DNA of 64,000 nucleotides, taken from contig JAGIQG010000005.1 of NCBI GenBank assembly GCA_024679065.1, forward strand, positions 75,454,001-75,518,000, in the 5' to 3' direction. Made by a program: the position numbers and the translations under genes. The notes beneath the pieces are model-generated. The model was not told the origin of the DNA and did not search any database. It saw only the letters and a list, made by a program, of their open reading frames with translations. Positions 1 to 12,880 of this stretch are shown here, piece after piece; positions within the stretch are counted from its first letter, which is position 1, and each line of letters begins with the position of its first letter. This DNA comes from Sphyrna mokarran (lineage: Eukaryota).

Positions 1-2175
1 AGCTGTAAATATCTAGATAAGTAGATATAAATGGAAAACCTTGAAATTACAGCAGCAATATATTCAGTCTAATGCCAATTACACACTGCAACCTGAATTA
101 GGATGAAGGGGGCAAGTAACTGTGGAAAGATTATCAAAGAGGGAGGTGAATTCACACAATTTTAAAGTGAGTTTAAAATCAACTCTTGGATGAAAAGTGG
201 TGTGAATTGTGGAAATTTATTGAGAATCTTGGTGTGTGGGGTGCTGATGTTTTGGATAAGTTTAACATTTTAGAGACAGACAAGAGGATCAAGAGATATT
301 GAGACTGTTGTGGAAGAAAGCAATGAGAACCGATGCCAATGCAGGTGTTGTTGATTTTCAGAAGATTAGAAAGTGAGCCAGCATGTGTTAGGGCATAGGT
401 GATAGCATTTTTTTTCAGCTGGAATGGAAGTTGATGGAAAAGGGAAAGAAAATAAGGAGTTTATTGGATGAAGTCCTACTGGTATTAGAGGCCATAAGAG
501 GTTCTGAGATTATATATGGTGCCAACTAAGTGACTATGAATGCAGGTGGAGAATTAAAATAGCAGATGTAGTTACGGGGATAAAGACAGAAAAGAAGCCT
601 ACTTCAGTGGAATCAAATAAGCTAAGTTGGAGAAGTAAATCAATGAGAAAATGCTAAGTAAAATGATTCAAATCAATTCTGAAAATTCTGAGACTGTACT
701 GAAATAATTTCTTACATAGTTAAAGAATACTTTAAAAAGACAGTACAGAAGAATCATTTCATTGAAACATTGCAAGGTATAAAACTAAAGGGTAAATTCA
801 AGAAATATTTTTAAAATTTCAATTGAGAGTGAAGAGTCTTAGAATGAATTCTTTAGATATTTATTAATTCTTTGATGAAGTAAAGAGGGATTGAGAGAGG
901 TAGTTCACTTAATGTTGTACATCCAGGCTTTGAAAGATGTTTATGAAGTATAACATAATAGATGCAGGGCCTGATATTCGCAATGAGTGAAAAGCTCCAC
1001 ATATGATTGATTCTGGAAGTCTGGCCTTCGATCGTAACACCAAGGAGGGAACAGAAAATGGCTATTTGCACATCTGAGGCAGCTTACTTAGACTTAGTTC
1101 TTCCAGTCCCATCTCTGGCAATGAGAAACAGACAATACCAATATCTCAGTCAATTCCAATCTAGTTCAGGGAGTATCCTGCTCTTGGAGATCTTCCTAAG
1201 TATACTTCACCAGAATGAGATTTTCAATGCTCCCTGATGGCTCTGCCCTCTTTACTCTCTTGTCACTCAACATTGTGGGGTTTATATATCAGTAAATGGT
1301 TTGAAGTGCTGCACAACAGGGGGGGAAAAAGAAGTTCAAATTATAAAAGAATGCTGGATTTTGCTGCAAGCTTCAAACAGCTGGCAAACCTGAAGGATTT
1401 ATGTACATGAGCCGATAAAAATAATTGGATTAGGATTACAGGATTTCTGGGCACACTTAGCCAGACCTTTGCCCTGTACGTTTTTAAGAGAATAGCTCTG
1501 TTCTCTCTGAATTATAAACAACTGCATCCAGCTGTGAAGCTCAATTTGATATTTCAGTAGCTATATAAAACTCCAGAAAAATAATTATATCTTTATTACT
1601 GCTTCAATTATCTGAAATGTTTGCTTCAAGCATTTTAAAGGAAATTTGTCATTGACACAGCTGAAGAATGAAACTTCCGAACAAGTTGCTTTGCTACAAT
1701 AAAGTTGAGTTTTGTTTATTCACACAGATCTGTGACTTCTGATCAAACAAGCACAGGGAGAGCTAAACAACAAACTCACTGGTTAGACACCAAATCCATC
1801 TCCCTGTCACCAGAACAAGACTGCCACTGACCAAAAGAACTGAGCCGTGGTGTAGCAACATGGAGGAGGGGAGATCAGTTGAAGGAAAAGATTCTTAAAG
1901 GGACAAAGTTCCTAGGCAGTATTGCAAAAAGCCAGTAAGTATTGCAAAAAGCAATTTGAAATGGGATTCGTATTTTTGAGCAGAAAATTGATTATCTTTA
2001 TCAGCAACGTCATTTTCAGCAATCAAAGTCTCAGCAAAATTGTTTATGCATCAGCTTTACCACAGTAAATGAGTTGTGAATAAGAGGCAATGAAATTCCC
2101 TTACACTGTAGTGGATGAAATTGTCAGTTATGGGAGTTGACCATGTTTACATCTTCTTTCATTTAACATTTTAAG

Positions 2176-3535
2176 AGGTCTCACAACACGAGGTTAAAGT
2201 CCAACAAGTTTATTTGGTATCATGAGCTTTCGGAGCGCAGCTCCTTCATCAGGTGAGTGGAGATTTGGGTTCACAAACACAGCATATATAGACAGAGATT
2301 CAATTGCAAGGTAATGGGTGGAATGCAAATCTTTCCACGTAATCAAATCTCTACAGGTACAGACAACCCGAACGGAGAGAGGGATAATGACAGGTTAAAG
2401 AGGTGTGAATTGTGTTCAGCCAGGACAGTTAGTGAGATCTTGCAAGTCCAGGTCAAATGATGGGGGTTATGCATACCAGGGGGTACGCATAACCCCCTGG
2501 TTGAGGCCATCCTCACACGTGCAGAATTTGGCTATCAGTCTCTGCTCAGCAACTCTGCGCTGTCGTATGTCGTGAAGGCTACCTTGGAGAATGCTTACCC
2601 GAAGATCAGAGCAAATATCCTTGATTGCTGAAGTGTTCCCCAAAAGGAAGGGAAAACTTGTGTCTGGTGATGGTCGCGCGGTGTCCTGTTCATCTGTTGT
2701 CATAGTGTCTCATGGTCTTACTGACGTACCACGCCTCAAGACATCCTTTCTTGCATTATATGAGGTAGACAATGAGTTTATTGTTGACCAAGTTGTATGA
2801 GTATGTACCATATACCTAGTGATGGTGCTCTCACATGAGATGATGACATCCATGTTACTCCAGCATGTTTTGCAGAGATTGCTATGGCAGGGTTATGTGG
2901 TGTCATGGTTGCTGTTCTCCTGAAGGCTGGGTAGTTTGCCCTGAACAGTTGTCTGTTTGAGGTTGCACAATTGTCTGAAGGCAAGAAGTAGAGATGTGGG
3001 ATGGCCTTGGCAAGATGTTTGTCTTCATCAATGACATGTTGAAGACTCCAAAGAAGATTCATAGTTTCTCCACTCTAGGGAAGTACTGGACAATGAAGGA
3101 TAGTCTGTTGATGATGTCTGTATTTGTCTTCTGAGGACGTCAGTGCAGTTTTTCGCTGTGGCACATTGGACTGTAAATCGATGAGTCAAGCGCCATTTCC
3201 TATTTCTTACGAGGGTGTCTTTCAATGTCTGTAGGTGTTTGTTGCATTCTTCCTCATCTGGGCAGATCCTGTGTAAATGGAGAGCTTACCCGTAGGGAAT
3301 GGCTTCTTTAACGTCTTGAGGGTGGAAGCTGAAGAAGTGGAGCATCGTGAGGTTATCCATGGGCTTGTGGCACAATGAAATGTTGAGGTGACTGTCCTTG
3401 ATGGAGAATACAATCAGTTCTGGAGAGTCGTCCATAGTGAGTCTGTTGGTGGCTTGGAACTTATTGATGTCATCACGTAGTTGTTTCAGTGATTTTTCAC
3501 TGTTGTCCAAAGGAAGAAAATTTCATCAATGTATC
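2176..3535 (-). mobile_element. Penelope-like retroelement, 5'-truncated and frameshifted (RT C-half, GIY-YIG region, 3' pseudo-LTR)
   Basis: Minus-strand fragments RYIDEIFFL (RT YxDD motif), KPMDNLTMLHFFSFHP..KEAIPYG and SDLRVSILQG...RRVAEQRLIAKF...GLN. Terminal repeat contains a hammerhead core. Confidence 0.88.
2219..2258 (-). ncRNA. Minimal type I hammerhead ribozyme motif in Penelope pseudo-LTR
   Basis: Minus strand reads tcac-CTGATGA-a-GGAGC tgc GCTCC-GAAA-gc-TC-atga. Core intact, 5-bp stem II, palindromic AGCT helix III, stem I tcac/atga with one mismatch. Confidence 0.75.
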
Positions 3536-4079
3536 ATTGAGCATTTGTACTTTTAAGACTATGGGCGCAATCTTACGAGCTTGTCACGCCGATCAATCAG
3601 CGTGGTGAGCCAGGAAGATAGCACATGAGGATAAAAAAAGATTTGTGCTTGTTTCCTATCTTCCCTGCTCTGTTTTGCTGGCAAGAACGGCTCTGTACCC
3701 AGAAAGAAAAAAGGCAGAAAATTCCACAGAATATCTGCTGAATCCGAGCAAATACAACCCTGTAAATAACAATGTCAATACAAGAAGCTTATTTTAAAAA
3801 AAAGCAAATTTCATCATGGTTAGGGTTAAGTGGCTTCTTTCAAATGTCTGTACTCTTTTAGCACTGAGTGTTCAATTTGCAATGTGAATGTTAAGTTTAA
3901 TGGAAATAGCAACAGTATCAAAAGAGAATGAGAAATCTTTAGTAAAAGTCAAAATATTTATATGCAATGAAGATAAATCAGGTGTAGAGTTGTTTTAATC
4001 TTTGTACCAAATATAATTATAGATTATACACAGATCAAGAGCTCATCAGGAACACTAAGTCGTTAAGGCAATTGGAATA

Positions 4080-4900
4080 GCAATAACAAAACTTATATTT
4101 AAACAGAGACAACCATATTAAAGAACATTCTCACAACATTTCACAAATAGACACAAGAAAAACTGATTCTGAACACGGAAAGGATAGGAAAGATGATGAA
4201 AAGGTCAAATAGTTGGATCTTGCATTGGAAAGAAGGGTGGAGAAGGAAAGAGGTTTAGAGATTGAGTTTCAATGACTGGAAGCAAGGCACACAATTGCCA
4301 CCAATAATGAGGCAAAAGGAATGGGATTGTACAGATGACCAGAGTTGCAAAAATGGAGCACTTGGGTCGGAATGTAGACCAGCGGCAAAGTGAATTAAAG
4401 CCAAAGAGTGGGTGTAGGTAATGGATAGGGTGTTGAGGAGAGTTAGAATATCTAGATCAGCAATGAAAGTGAATAATTATCAAATGAGGCTGAGTGTGAG
4501 GTCGAATACATATGCCAGAATTTAGGACAAGGTGAACTCACAAAGGGCAGTATCTTGGAATCTAAAAGTTAGAGCAGTCAAGTTCAGAAGTAATGAAGGT
4601 TTCATTCAGGTAAAACTTCAGTAAAGACATTGATAAAAGCAGAGGCAGGAAATGGGGATGAAAATTAAAGTAACGGTCTTATTGATGGTGTATGGGGGAG
4701 AGCTTATTATCAGAGAATGCACAACATTCCAAGCAGATATGGGTTGGTTAGGGTACAACAGAGTAAAAAAGTTGACGAAGGCAGCAGATAGTGAAAAAGA
4801 GAAGCCTCACGTTATGTTTAATCTACAGGATGATCTGAAATAGTGTGTGATTTTGGCATTAAATGTGCTGTTCCAACTGGAATTCGAAGAAGACATTTTC
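4080..4900 (-). mobile_element. Old L2-like LINE 3' fragment
   Basis: Purine-rich plus strand beginning with an L2-type 3' end in reverse (caacaaaacttatattta...). Heavily decayed. Confidence 0.45.
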
Positions 4901-5859
4901 TGATTAGTTTAATTGTCCCCAGCACTGCTGTGATTTGTACAAAAATAATTGCCTGTTTGGCACTAACTGTGATGGATATATTCTAGAGAAGGTATTCATT
5001 GCAGTTTCTATGCTTTATCTGCAAATTCCAGAGTGATTCTTTTGTCTTACATAGTAATTCAGCACGTCACTTTACTATCGAAACATGAAAGAAGGAGCTG
5101 TGCAGTGCTGAATATTAATAGGCAGGATCTTGTCTTACCCTTAGTCACGTGGGTTAAGTTGACATAGTAACCCATTCTGACTGAGTGAACACCCCAGGAA
5201 ACAGTGCGACAATTGAGCTGGTAGGAGATTTCTTGTCACAACCCTATTTGAATGGAGACAGCCTCGGTAAGATGATCACATGTAAAGATGCTAGGCTTTA
5301 TATGCTAGAAGGATGTAAAAGATGTCATGAATTTTGAAAAGCAATTACCTTATAATAATGAACACAATTTCTTTCAATTAGCCAGTTCCATCCTTCAGAA
5401 TCAATACGGCCTAACTGTAAAGATTCAATCATTTTCATCTTGTTTATATTAAAACTGCAGTTTGTATTATTTATAGCCTTCACTAATACCATTAAATAAC
5501 ATTTTAATGCAATGTTGAAAAATTACAAAATGGCTTGCAATCTTTAACAATGACTCTTGACATTGGTCCAGTATAGTATACTTTTTAAAGATGGGAAAAG
5601 AAGAAAGGGCAGTATTATAGCTCCACACATGTATAATATCCCACACGTGTATCCTGTATTCTAGATTATGCTGACATACCGCAGAAGACCTGCATTTCTG
5701 ACTTTCTTGCTGTGGTTTGAGTTTGTTTGGTAGTTTACAAGTTGAACGCGGTCTAAGTGATCTCAAAGGGCACTTGTGCATTATATGAGTGCCATCCACA
5801 TAATGAGGAGTAGATTTTCAGCGTGCTGACTGAGGGGTGAAACTAATGCAAATTGCTCC

Positions 5860-6200
5860 TTCTTAAACAGTCCCTCTGGATCGAGGATGATTTGCTACCT
5901 GTTCAATGAGTTCAAAGCTGGCTAATGAGTCCAAGGTGAGATTTGCAGACACTGCCAGGTGAGGGGAGATTTTCCCTGAGGAATAGATAAATATGTTTTT
6001 TGATGGTTCGTGTGTCCCTTCCATCCCGTTCACTTTGCCCCTGTGCATTCCTGACCAAGTCCCTCAATACATTTAGTGCCTTCCCTTATGAGGCTTCTTC
6101 ATTTTGGTCCGTCCCATTCCAGGTCTCCCATGAGTCGGTAGGAATGTTTTGAGGACATTCTTAAAGCATTTCTACTATCCCCTTGGGACAGCTGCCAATT
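5860..6200 (-). mobile_element. RTE-clade LINE 3' fragment
   Basis: Minus strand encodes decayed VCKSHLGLISQL*TH (C-terminal motif of RTE ORF), then an RTE-type 3' end (atcctcgatccagagggactg). Confidence 0.6.
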
Positions 6201-6769
6201 ATAATAAACACATTATTGATTTCATGCATTCATTCAAAAAGAGAATGAGCATTTTAAATTTAATCTGTTAAAATGTCCTGCTGCTAATATAGATAAGCAA
6301 ATATGTGAGTTCGCCTGGTGAGAGATGGGACATAACCAGGAGAGGTCAGATTTGAGATAGGAGGAATTTGCTCAAGATTTAGCTAAATGAAACTGTGGCC
6401 CATTCAATACTGAATATTGAATGAGCATTGTGATCTTGCATTGATAGTAGAGAGGTTGGAAGAGGTGGTAATGAGGCATCAAAGCTCTCTGTGGAAGTTG
6501 AATCCATGTCTGAAGACCATGTGAACAAGGATAGTGTGAAGGTGAGGAATTAGCGAGAGCAGTCTCTAGGAATCTCTTGGAGATGTTTCAGCTCAAAACC
6601 CTGTGCAAACACTGGTGTAATGGGGATCAAACTGATCAACACTATTGTGTAGAATGATTAACAAATATGTCTTAAAATCATCTTTTTTTCACGACCTTTT
6701 AATTTTTTTCTAACTAAAACCTAATCTACGACAAAGAGAAAGTCTCTGCCAGTGTTTGTGGCTTCTACA

Positions 6770-7480
6770 CTGGTGTCATCAGCCACCTCCTGAGTGGGTA
6801 CTTCTTGTCCTCAAGGAAACATCCTCCAGCCACTGCTGTTCCTCTAGCATGGCTGGGATTTGCAAGCATCCCATAAAGTAGCTATCATGGACTGTCCCCA
6901 GGAAACAGACACATGCATCGCATTGTTGGAAGCACATTGGAGGAATGTATTCATTGCAGTTCATGAATGGTGCCCCATGTTGCCATGGAGACCACAAAGC
7001 TACGAGTGCAGTCAATGACGCCCTGTACCTGGAACATGCCAGCTATTTAGGCAAAGTCCATGGCCCTGCTGTCCTAGCTTGCTTGGCCCCAGCCCAAGTT
7101 GATGTAATGTGAACATCATGAATAATGCATCTGTGAGCTCCCTTATGTGCTTGTATGCTATTGACTGGGAGATGCTGCGAAGGTCACCCATGCAGTCCTG
7201 AAACAAGATGCTGGTATAGAAGTTTAATCAGCAGTCACTTGCAGGGACACAGAGAATGAGTGATCTCCCAAGCCATGCGGAGCCAACTCTTGCATCATCT
7301 GCCATATGTGGTCTACTGTTTCTGAGACCAACATAGCACTGGAGCTCTGAAGTCCGGAGGTACAAAGATTGACATTGAAATACCTTGGCCTGTAATGCTT
7401 CTCCAAGGCTCTCCTTGTGGGACTGCTCCCAAAATGGCAATGGGTCCAGTCTCCCACTCCAGACCTTGTGCTGTCCATTC
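6770..7480 (-). pseudogene. PIF/Harbinger (HARBI1-like) transposase remnant
   Basis: Frameshifted fragments SVSLQVTAD..NFYTSILFQDCMGDLRSISQSIAYKHIRELTDALF, FQVQGVIDCT (first catalytic Asp motif) and LGTVHDSY (second Asp motif). Confidence 0.85.
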
Positions 7481-7839
7481 ACTGCTGCTGTTAATCATAA
7501 TCAATAGAAGAGCCAACTTGACTGGCTCGGTGATTCTCCAGGATCATAAGCTGAATTACCCTGGATCAGGAGAATCTCTTCAATAATTACCTTTATTTGA
7601 GTGTAGAGCAACCACTTCACACAGTAACTTTGCATCAGAGAAAGTGAACTATTCTTCCTACAAAGAAGGCTATAAAAAGATATCAGCTTTTCCAGATAGC
7701 CTGTTTTATAGGCCAGGTTATAACAGCCCTCGTGTTATAAGGGTCCAGGGGTCTCTCTTTAAAAATGGTATCTTCCTATTTTAGAATATACAAGATAGAT
7801 GGGTTCTTAAAACTACTTATAGGGATACTACGAGAGACT

Positions 7840-7970
7840 TTGGCCGGAATTTTATTACCCCACCTGCCACAGGAATCGGAACAGATGAGGGACGGGTAAT
7901 GGGAAGGTGCTTTGGTCTCAGGCAAGATTTTGTAGTTAGGATTGATCGGGAATGTAAATCCCTACCCATT
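7840..7970. mobile_element. Short non-autonomous DNA transposon (Harbinger-type MITE)
   Basis: Imperfect termini ggccggaatttta...taaatccctaccc. Related right ends occur at ~25480-25560 and ~42780-42884. Confidence 0.5.
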
Positions 7971-8629
7971 ATGCTTTGCTAACTGATTTACAAACTTAAA
8001 AAATTGTTAAGCTTGCAATATACTTTAAAGTGGATATGTACATTGCAATATTAATGACAATAAGACAAAAATAGGGTCTTAGTTTCAAGAGAATCCGGTG
8101 AAAAAAGACTTTAAAATCCTGGGGGTGATTTTAAGCCCACACTGTCCACTTTTGGGAATAGCAGCATGTGCTCAAAATCCAGAGAGTGCGATTTGCACTG
8201 GCGAGTTTCCGAAGTCCAATCTTATAGACCCCTCACTGGTGAAATGATGTGAAACACACCATGCGATTACAGGAAGTTAATTTTAATACATTACATGTCA
8301 TTAGAGAGTACTTTCCCTAGGACCTTCCCCCCCCCTTACTACCAGGTTTGCTCCATACCAACCTGTGCCAAGAGGTGGGCCATAGTCGATAGTGGACGTG
8401 GAGTGGATTCAGTTAGGGGTGGTGGTGGCCAGGAGTGAACGGAAGAGCAATCCAGCTACATACAATAGATAATCTCTCAATACTTATGTTCAAAATGATA
8501 TATCATTACATCCAGGATAAACATATTAATTCTCTTATTGCTTTACTCATTATTGCTTGAATTACTTCCAACTCATTCCAGACAGCTACCCCCATAATCT
8601 AGGGATAAGGGAACACTTTAGCTCAGTAC

Positions 8630-8835
8630 TAAGGCAGTGTTGTCTTTCAAATGAATGAGTAAATTGAGATTGTGTATGATTGCTTCGCTGAATTTAAAAG
8701 ATATCATGGCACCAGGTGAAACGATGATAGAAATGCTTTGGCTAACATTTAGCCACTATCATAACAAGTAGATTTACTTGTCACTTGCTATCTGTAAACT
8801 TTGATGGATGTAATTTGGCTACTGTATTTACCTGT
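8630..8835 (+). mobile_element. Deu-domain SINE (SacSINE1/AmnSINE1-like), decayed
   Basis: Resembles the Deu core (gtgttgtctttcaaatga...taaaagatatcatggcac...ggctaacattt...aatttggctactgtatttacct). Confidence 0.55.
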
Positions 8836-9109
8836 GAGAAAGTAAAGTGTAAAGTCATTTTCTTTCCATGTAAATTGATCTTCTATCCAATAGAATTGGG
8901 GAGGTGAGGAAAGAGAGTATATTCCAAAGTGCTGTCCTATTTCCAAGCAGTTTAGTTTTGGCCGAGAACAAACTGGCTGAAAAGTAATGGCTGGGACTGT
9001 CCCAGCTCGCTGCACTGTTCGAGTAGCATAGTGGACCAGGAGTCACCAGTGGCAGTCTAAGGTTTTTAATGTCAAGCTAAAGCTAAGTGGAAATGGGTGT
9101 GGAGCTGAC

Positions 9110-9775
9110 TAGCATATTGAAATCCAGATTTCAAAATTAGTGGACCTGAGTTATTACTCTCTAGGCCCGCTAGCATCTGCCTCCAAAACCTGTCAGGAGT
9201 TGTTCTCCCCACCCCTAGCAGCATTTACAACTGCTCCCCACTAATGGGGAACAGGCGCCTGATCCCGCTACAGAGAACAGAGGCCATTGAAGCCCCCGCC
9301 TAGGGATAATGGGGGTGTTCCAGTCTGGTACCCTGGCACTGCCCAAGGAGCAAACTGTCATTGCCCACTGGGCATCAGGTAGTGTCAAGGGGACAGGGCC
9401 TACTTGGGAGACCAATGGCCATTCTGCAAGAGGATTGGTGGGAGAGGGAGGGAATAAGGACTTATCAGAGTTGGTCATCACAGGGGGGGAAGGATGCTAT
9501 CAGGACTATTGGGGGATATTGTGCTGGCCCTGGGAGTTCCGGGAGTCTAAATCAGGAAGCCAACAAAGAAGGGTCCACTGCGCATGCACCGATCTCCACG
9601 GTGACAGATTTGCACATGCACAGTGACCTGCTCGGTGCTATGCTACCAGCTTCACTTACCAGAGTGAATCTCGCTGAGTGTTCAGAATGTCGGAGATTCA
9701 TTCTGGTAATTACATTAAGAAAACCTCCCGTTCTTTTATACATTGAGAATTTATCATTTTCAGTGAATCCTGGCC
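9110..9775. mobile_element. GC-rich non-autonomous DNA-transposon remnant (Harbinger-like)
   Basis: GC-rich island sharing motifs (ccctggcactgcccaagg, actgcgcatgc) with ~47420-48040. Ends in gtgaatcctggcc. Confidence 0.45.
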
Positions 9776-9924
9776 AACATCTCTTTCCAGCAAGATTCAA
9801 TTGAAATTCTGTGGTCTGGCTAAAATGGTTTACATCTCTTGACAACAGAATAACTCTGAGTTGGTTTCGTAAGATAACCAAGCTGAGAAGAAAAGAGGGA
9901 ATTCTTAGATACGAGACTCCTGAG

Positions 9925-10335
9925 TTTCTGATTTGGTTTATTATCATCACATGTATTAACATAATGAAAAGTATTATTTCTTGTGCGCTATACAAAACAT
10001 TCCACTCAAAGATGATAATGAGAGTGCAGAATGTTGTGTAAAAAAGATCAAATTAATACAGGGCAAGTTCATTCAAATGTTTGACAGCAACAGGGAAGAA
10101 GCTGTTCTTGAGTTGGTTAGTTACGTGACCTCAGTCTTTTATATCATTTTCCCAAAGAAAGAAAGTGAAAGAAAGAATGTCCAGGGTATGTGGGGTCCTT
10201 AATTATGCTGGCTGCTTTGCTGAGCGAAGTGTAGACAGAGTCAATATTTGGGAATGGTTTGCGTGATGGATTGGGCTACATTCATAACCTTCTGTAGTTC
10301 CTTGCAGTCTTGGGTAGAGCATGAGCCATATCAGT
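9925..10335 (-). mobile_element. Rex1/Babar-like LINE 3' fragment
   Basis: Begins with a reverse tail (tttgatttggtttatt) and contains gcaacagggaagaagctgttcttgag. A related piece lies at ~45590-45790. Confidence 0.55.
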
Positions 10336-12169
10336 TAAAGAACATCAAAAGAACATTAGAACCAGTAGATTTCTAACTGGAAGTGGCTATGCCCCAGATG
10401 TTGGCAATGTTTGTTTTGAACTGGGAGTTGACAGCTGTGGATGGTTAGAAGATATTTGAAGGGAAACTTGCTGGAGATTAGCAAAAGACCCAAGAAATCT
10501 CAATGCTTTTAGATATCTCTGAAGCAATACTTAGACTAAGTCATTAGTTTTTCAGTTTATCATTAAGTTCTGACTTGTGTTTTTTGGGGGAAAGTGTAAA
10601 TGAGTAGGGAAGGAAATTTGAGTAAGAAGTTCAGTTTATAATAAGTTACTTTGTTCATTGTACTTTTAATATATTTAACATAACAGACTACTTAGAATAG
10701 AGTGTGGTTACTGGTATTGGTGTTCTTTGACTTTTATATAGTAAAATTCTTTTGGTTTGAACTATGAATCTAGTGGCTTCATTTTTTTTTTTTAAATAAC
10801 TGGCTTTTTGTCTTTCCGCAAAAAAAGTACTGGTCTCTACAAAGATCATAACGGAAGGAACAATATTAGGAACTGGTGGTGCAAACCACTTACCTGGGTA
10901 CAGTCTAAACCTACACAATCAGATGAGATTCATTTTCTAATACTTACATCGCTAAAGTGAGAGATAAAATTTTTATCCTGTTAGTCAGTTCGTCTATAAA
11001 CAATACATCCCAAACACAAATTGATACTTTTCAGTGAAACTTTTGTCATGGAAATAGGGTCAAGAAAAACCAATTAGTTTTTGGTAAAGGTGTGGATTTG
11101 GATCCTAGTTCTTTAAAAGGATTCACGTATTAACATTGGGAGATGTGACAAATTGATTTTTTTTAAAAATAGTGTGTTGCTTTACTTAGAATGTTGTGGA
11201 CTGTCTCAGATGTTATGGCAGAATTTGTCACAGATGTCAAAATGTGAGCAGTTTTCAGAGCACATTGTTGAATGTACTTTTACCCAAGGCTTTCACAACT
11301 CTTCATACAAATATTTATTTTTTCAGTTTTATAGTTGCAGAGCATCAAGCAGGCAAGGAAACACCTCAAAGAGCAGAGCAAATCATAATAATAATAATAT
11401 TGGGTTAATGGTGAGAGTATGTGCCCTATTGTGTACCCTCTTTACTTGCTTACATTGTTTTGCATTGTTACTGACTGAGCATGTCAGTACCAAATCATTT
11501 TCTGAGCTATTTTAATGCAGATTTTGTAACCAAATCACTTGGGAATTACAACTTGGATTCATACGAAATTCTAAACATAAAAGACATTTTTGATGTGAAA
11601 ATTTTGCAAGGAATAGGAAACTTCATAAAGAAAATGAAGTGAAACTTTATTACTCTATCAACAATTCTAACAAAATAGGCCATTGGGAAGATGGAATGAA
11701 TCAAGGGAAAGCACTGTCAGCAGATAAATGTACAATTGTAGGAAAGAAAATAATGCTTGCTCATCATATCTCACATTTATTTTTCAATGCTAGCAGCCAC
11801 ATAATAACAAAATGAACAAATAAATGAGAATAATATTCCATAGCCTGAAAGCTGATAACACTGACCCTGGGCTTGTACTTACAGTAGATAACACTTACAA
11901 GATATTTTGCAGTGTTTAAAGACAAAACATTTTCTATAGAACAAACACAAGTGAGTTTCAAAAAAAAAAATCAATTAAAAAGTTAACATCTGCCAATTCT
12001 GTATCAGAATTTTTTGATAAAGATTTTGGCATTCAATGAATCAGCCATTCATTCTAGAAGTATTGAAACACACTTCACTGTTTTAAATCTGAGCATTGCA
12101 ACATAAATTATCTTAGCTCCTTATGTATTTTTCCCCTTTCAATGAGTTAAAGGCTAATCTCAACCTAAT

Positions 12170-12880
12170 TTCATGCATCAGCCTTAGCTCCATATCCATT
12201 GATGTCTTCAGCTAAAACAAACTAGCAGTCACAGTATTAAAGTTAACAATTTGTCTAAAATTAATCACAGTTAACAAAGTGCTTCAAACTTCTATCACTC
12301 TATGTAGAGTGTTTCCTAATTTCACTCCTAAAAGAATGGCTTAATCTTTTGATAATGCCTCCTAGCCCAGGACTCCCCAAACATTGAAAATAATTTCTTC
12401 CAATCCATACTATTCGTTCTCTTTGATATCTTGAAAGCTTCAAACAAATCAACCTTAAACCTTTTAAATCACAGCAAATATTACCCTAGATTGTTTACTC
12501 TCTCAATCGAATTCTTGGAGTCCAAGTATCATTTTGTTAAATTTACATTGGCCTTGAATGGAATACATTCATATCCTCCCTGAGGAGTAGCTTCCAGAAT
12601 TGCTTTCACTCCTCTAGATGTGGCTTTATAATGCTGAAGCATGATTCCAACCCCTTTCAGTTAGTCTAATTTCTATATATGAATAAGCCTTCTGGTTTAC
12701 TTTTTGGACTTATGGCATTTTACTGACCTCTGTACCTGGGGGACCCAGGTACATCGGACAATTGCTGTTCCTAGTTTCTCACCATTTCAAAAGTACTCGA
12801 TCTATCCTGTCCAGGTCCAAAGTGGATGACCTCATTTGTCTCCATTAACATTTATTTGCCACAATCTTTCACATTCACAA
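12170..12880 (-). mobile_element. Old CR1 LINE 3' fragment
   Basis: Reverse-strand similarity to the CR1 ORF2 C-terminus (ccaaagtggatgacctcatttgtctccatt is the reverse of the KCEVIHFG region). Confidence 0.6.

Noticed and set aside
9309-9995. Overlapping 105-147 aa ORFs
   Set aside because: They arise from the GC-rich DNA-transposon remnant and adjacent LINE tail and show no protein motifs.
10350-10855. LTR-like segment (also ~13230-13800 and ~24260-24620)
   Set aside because: Only compositional resemblance; no paired LTR, PBS, PPT or gag/pol motif that I can support.
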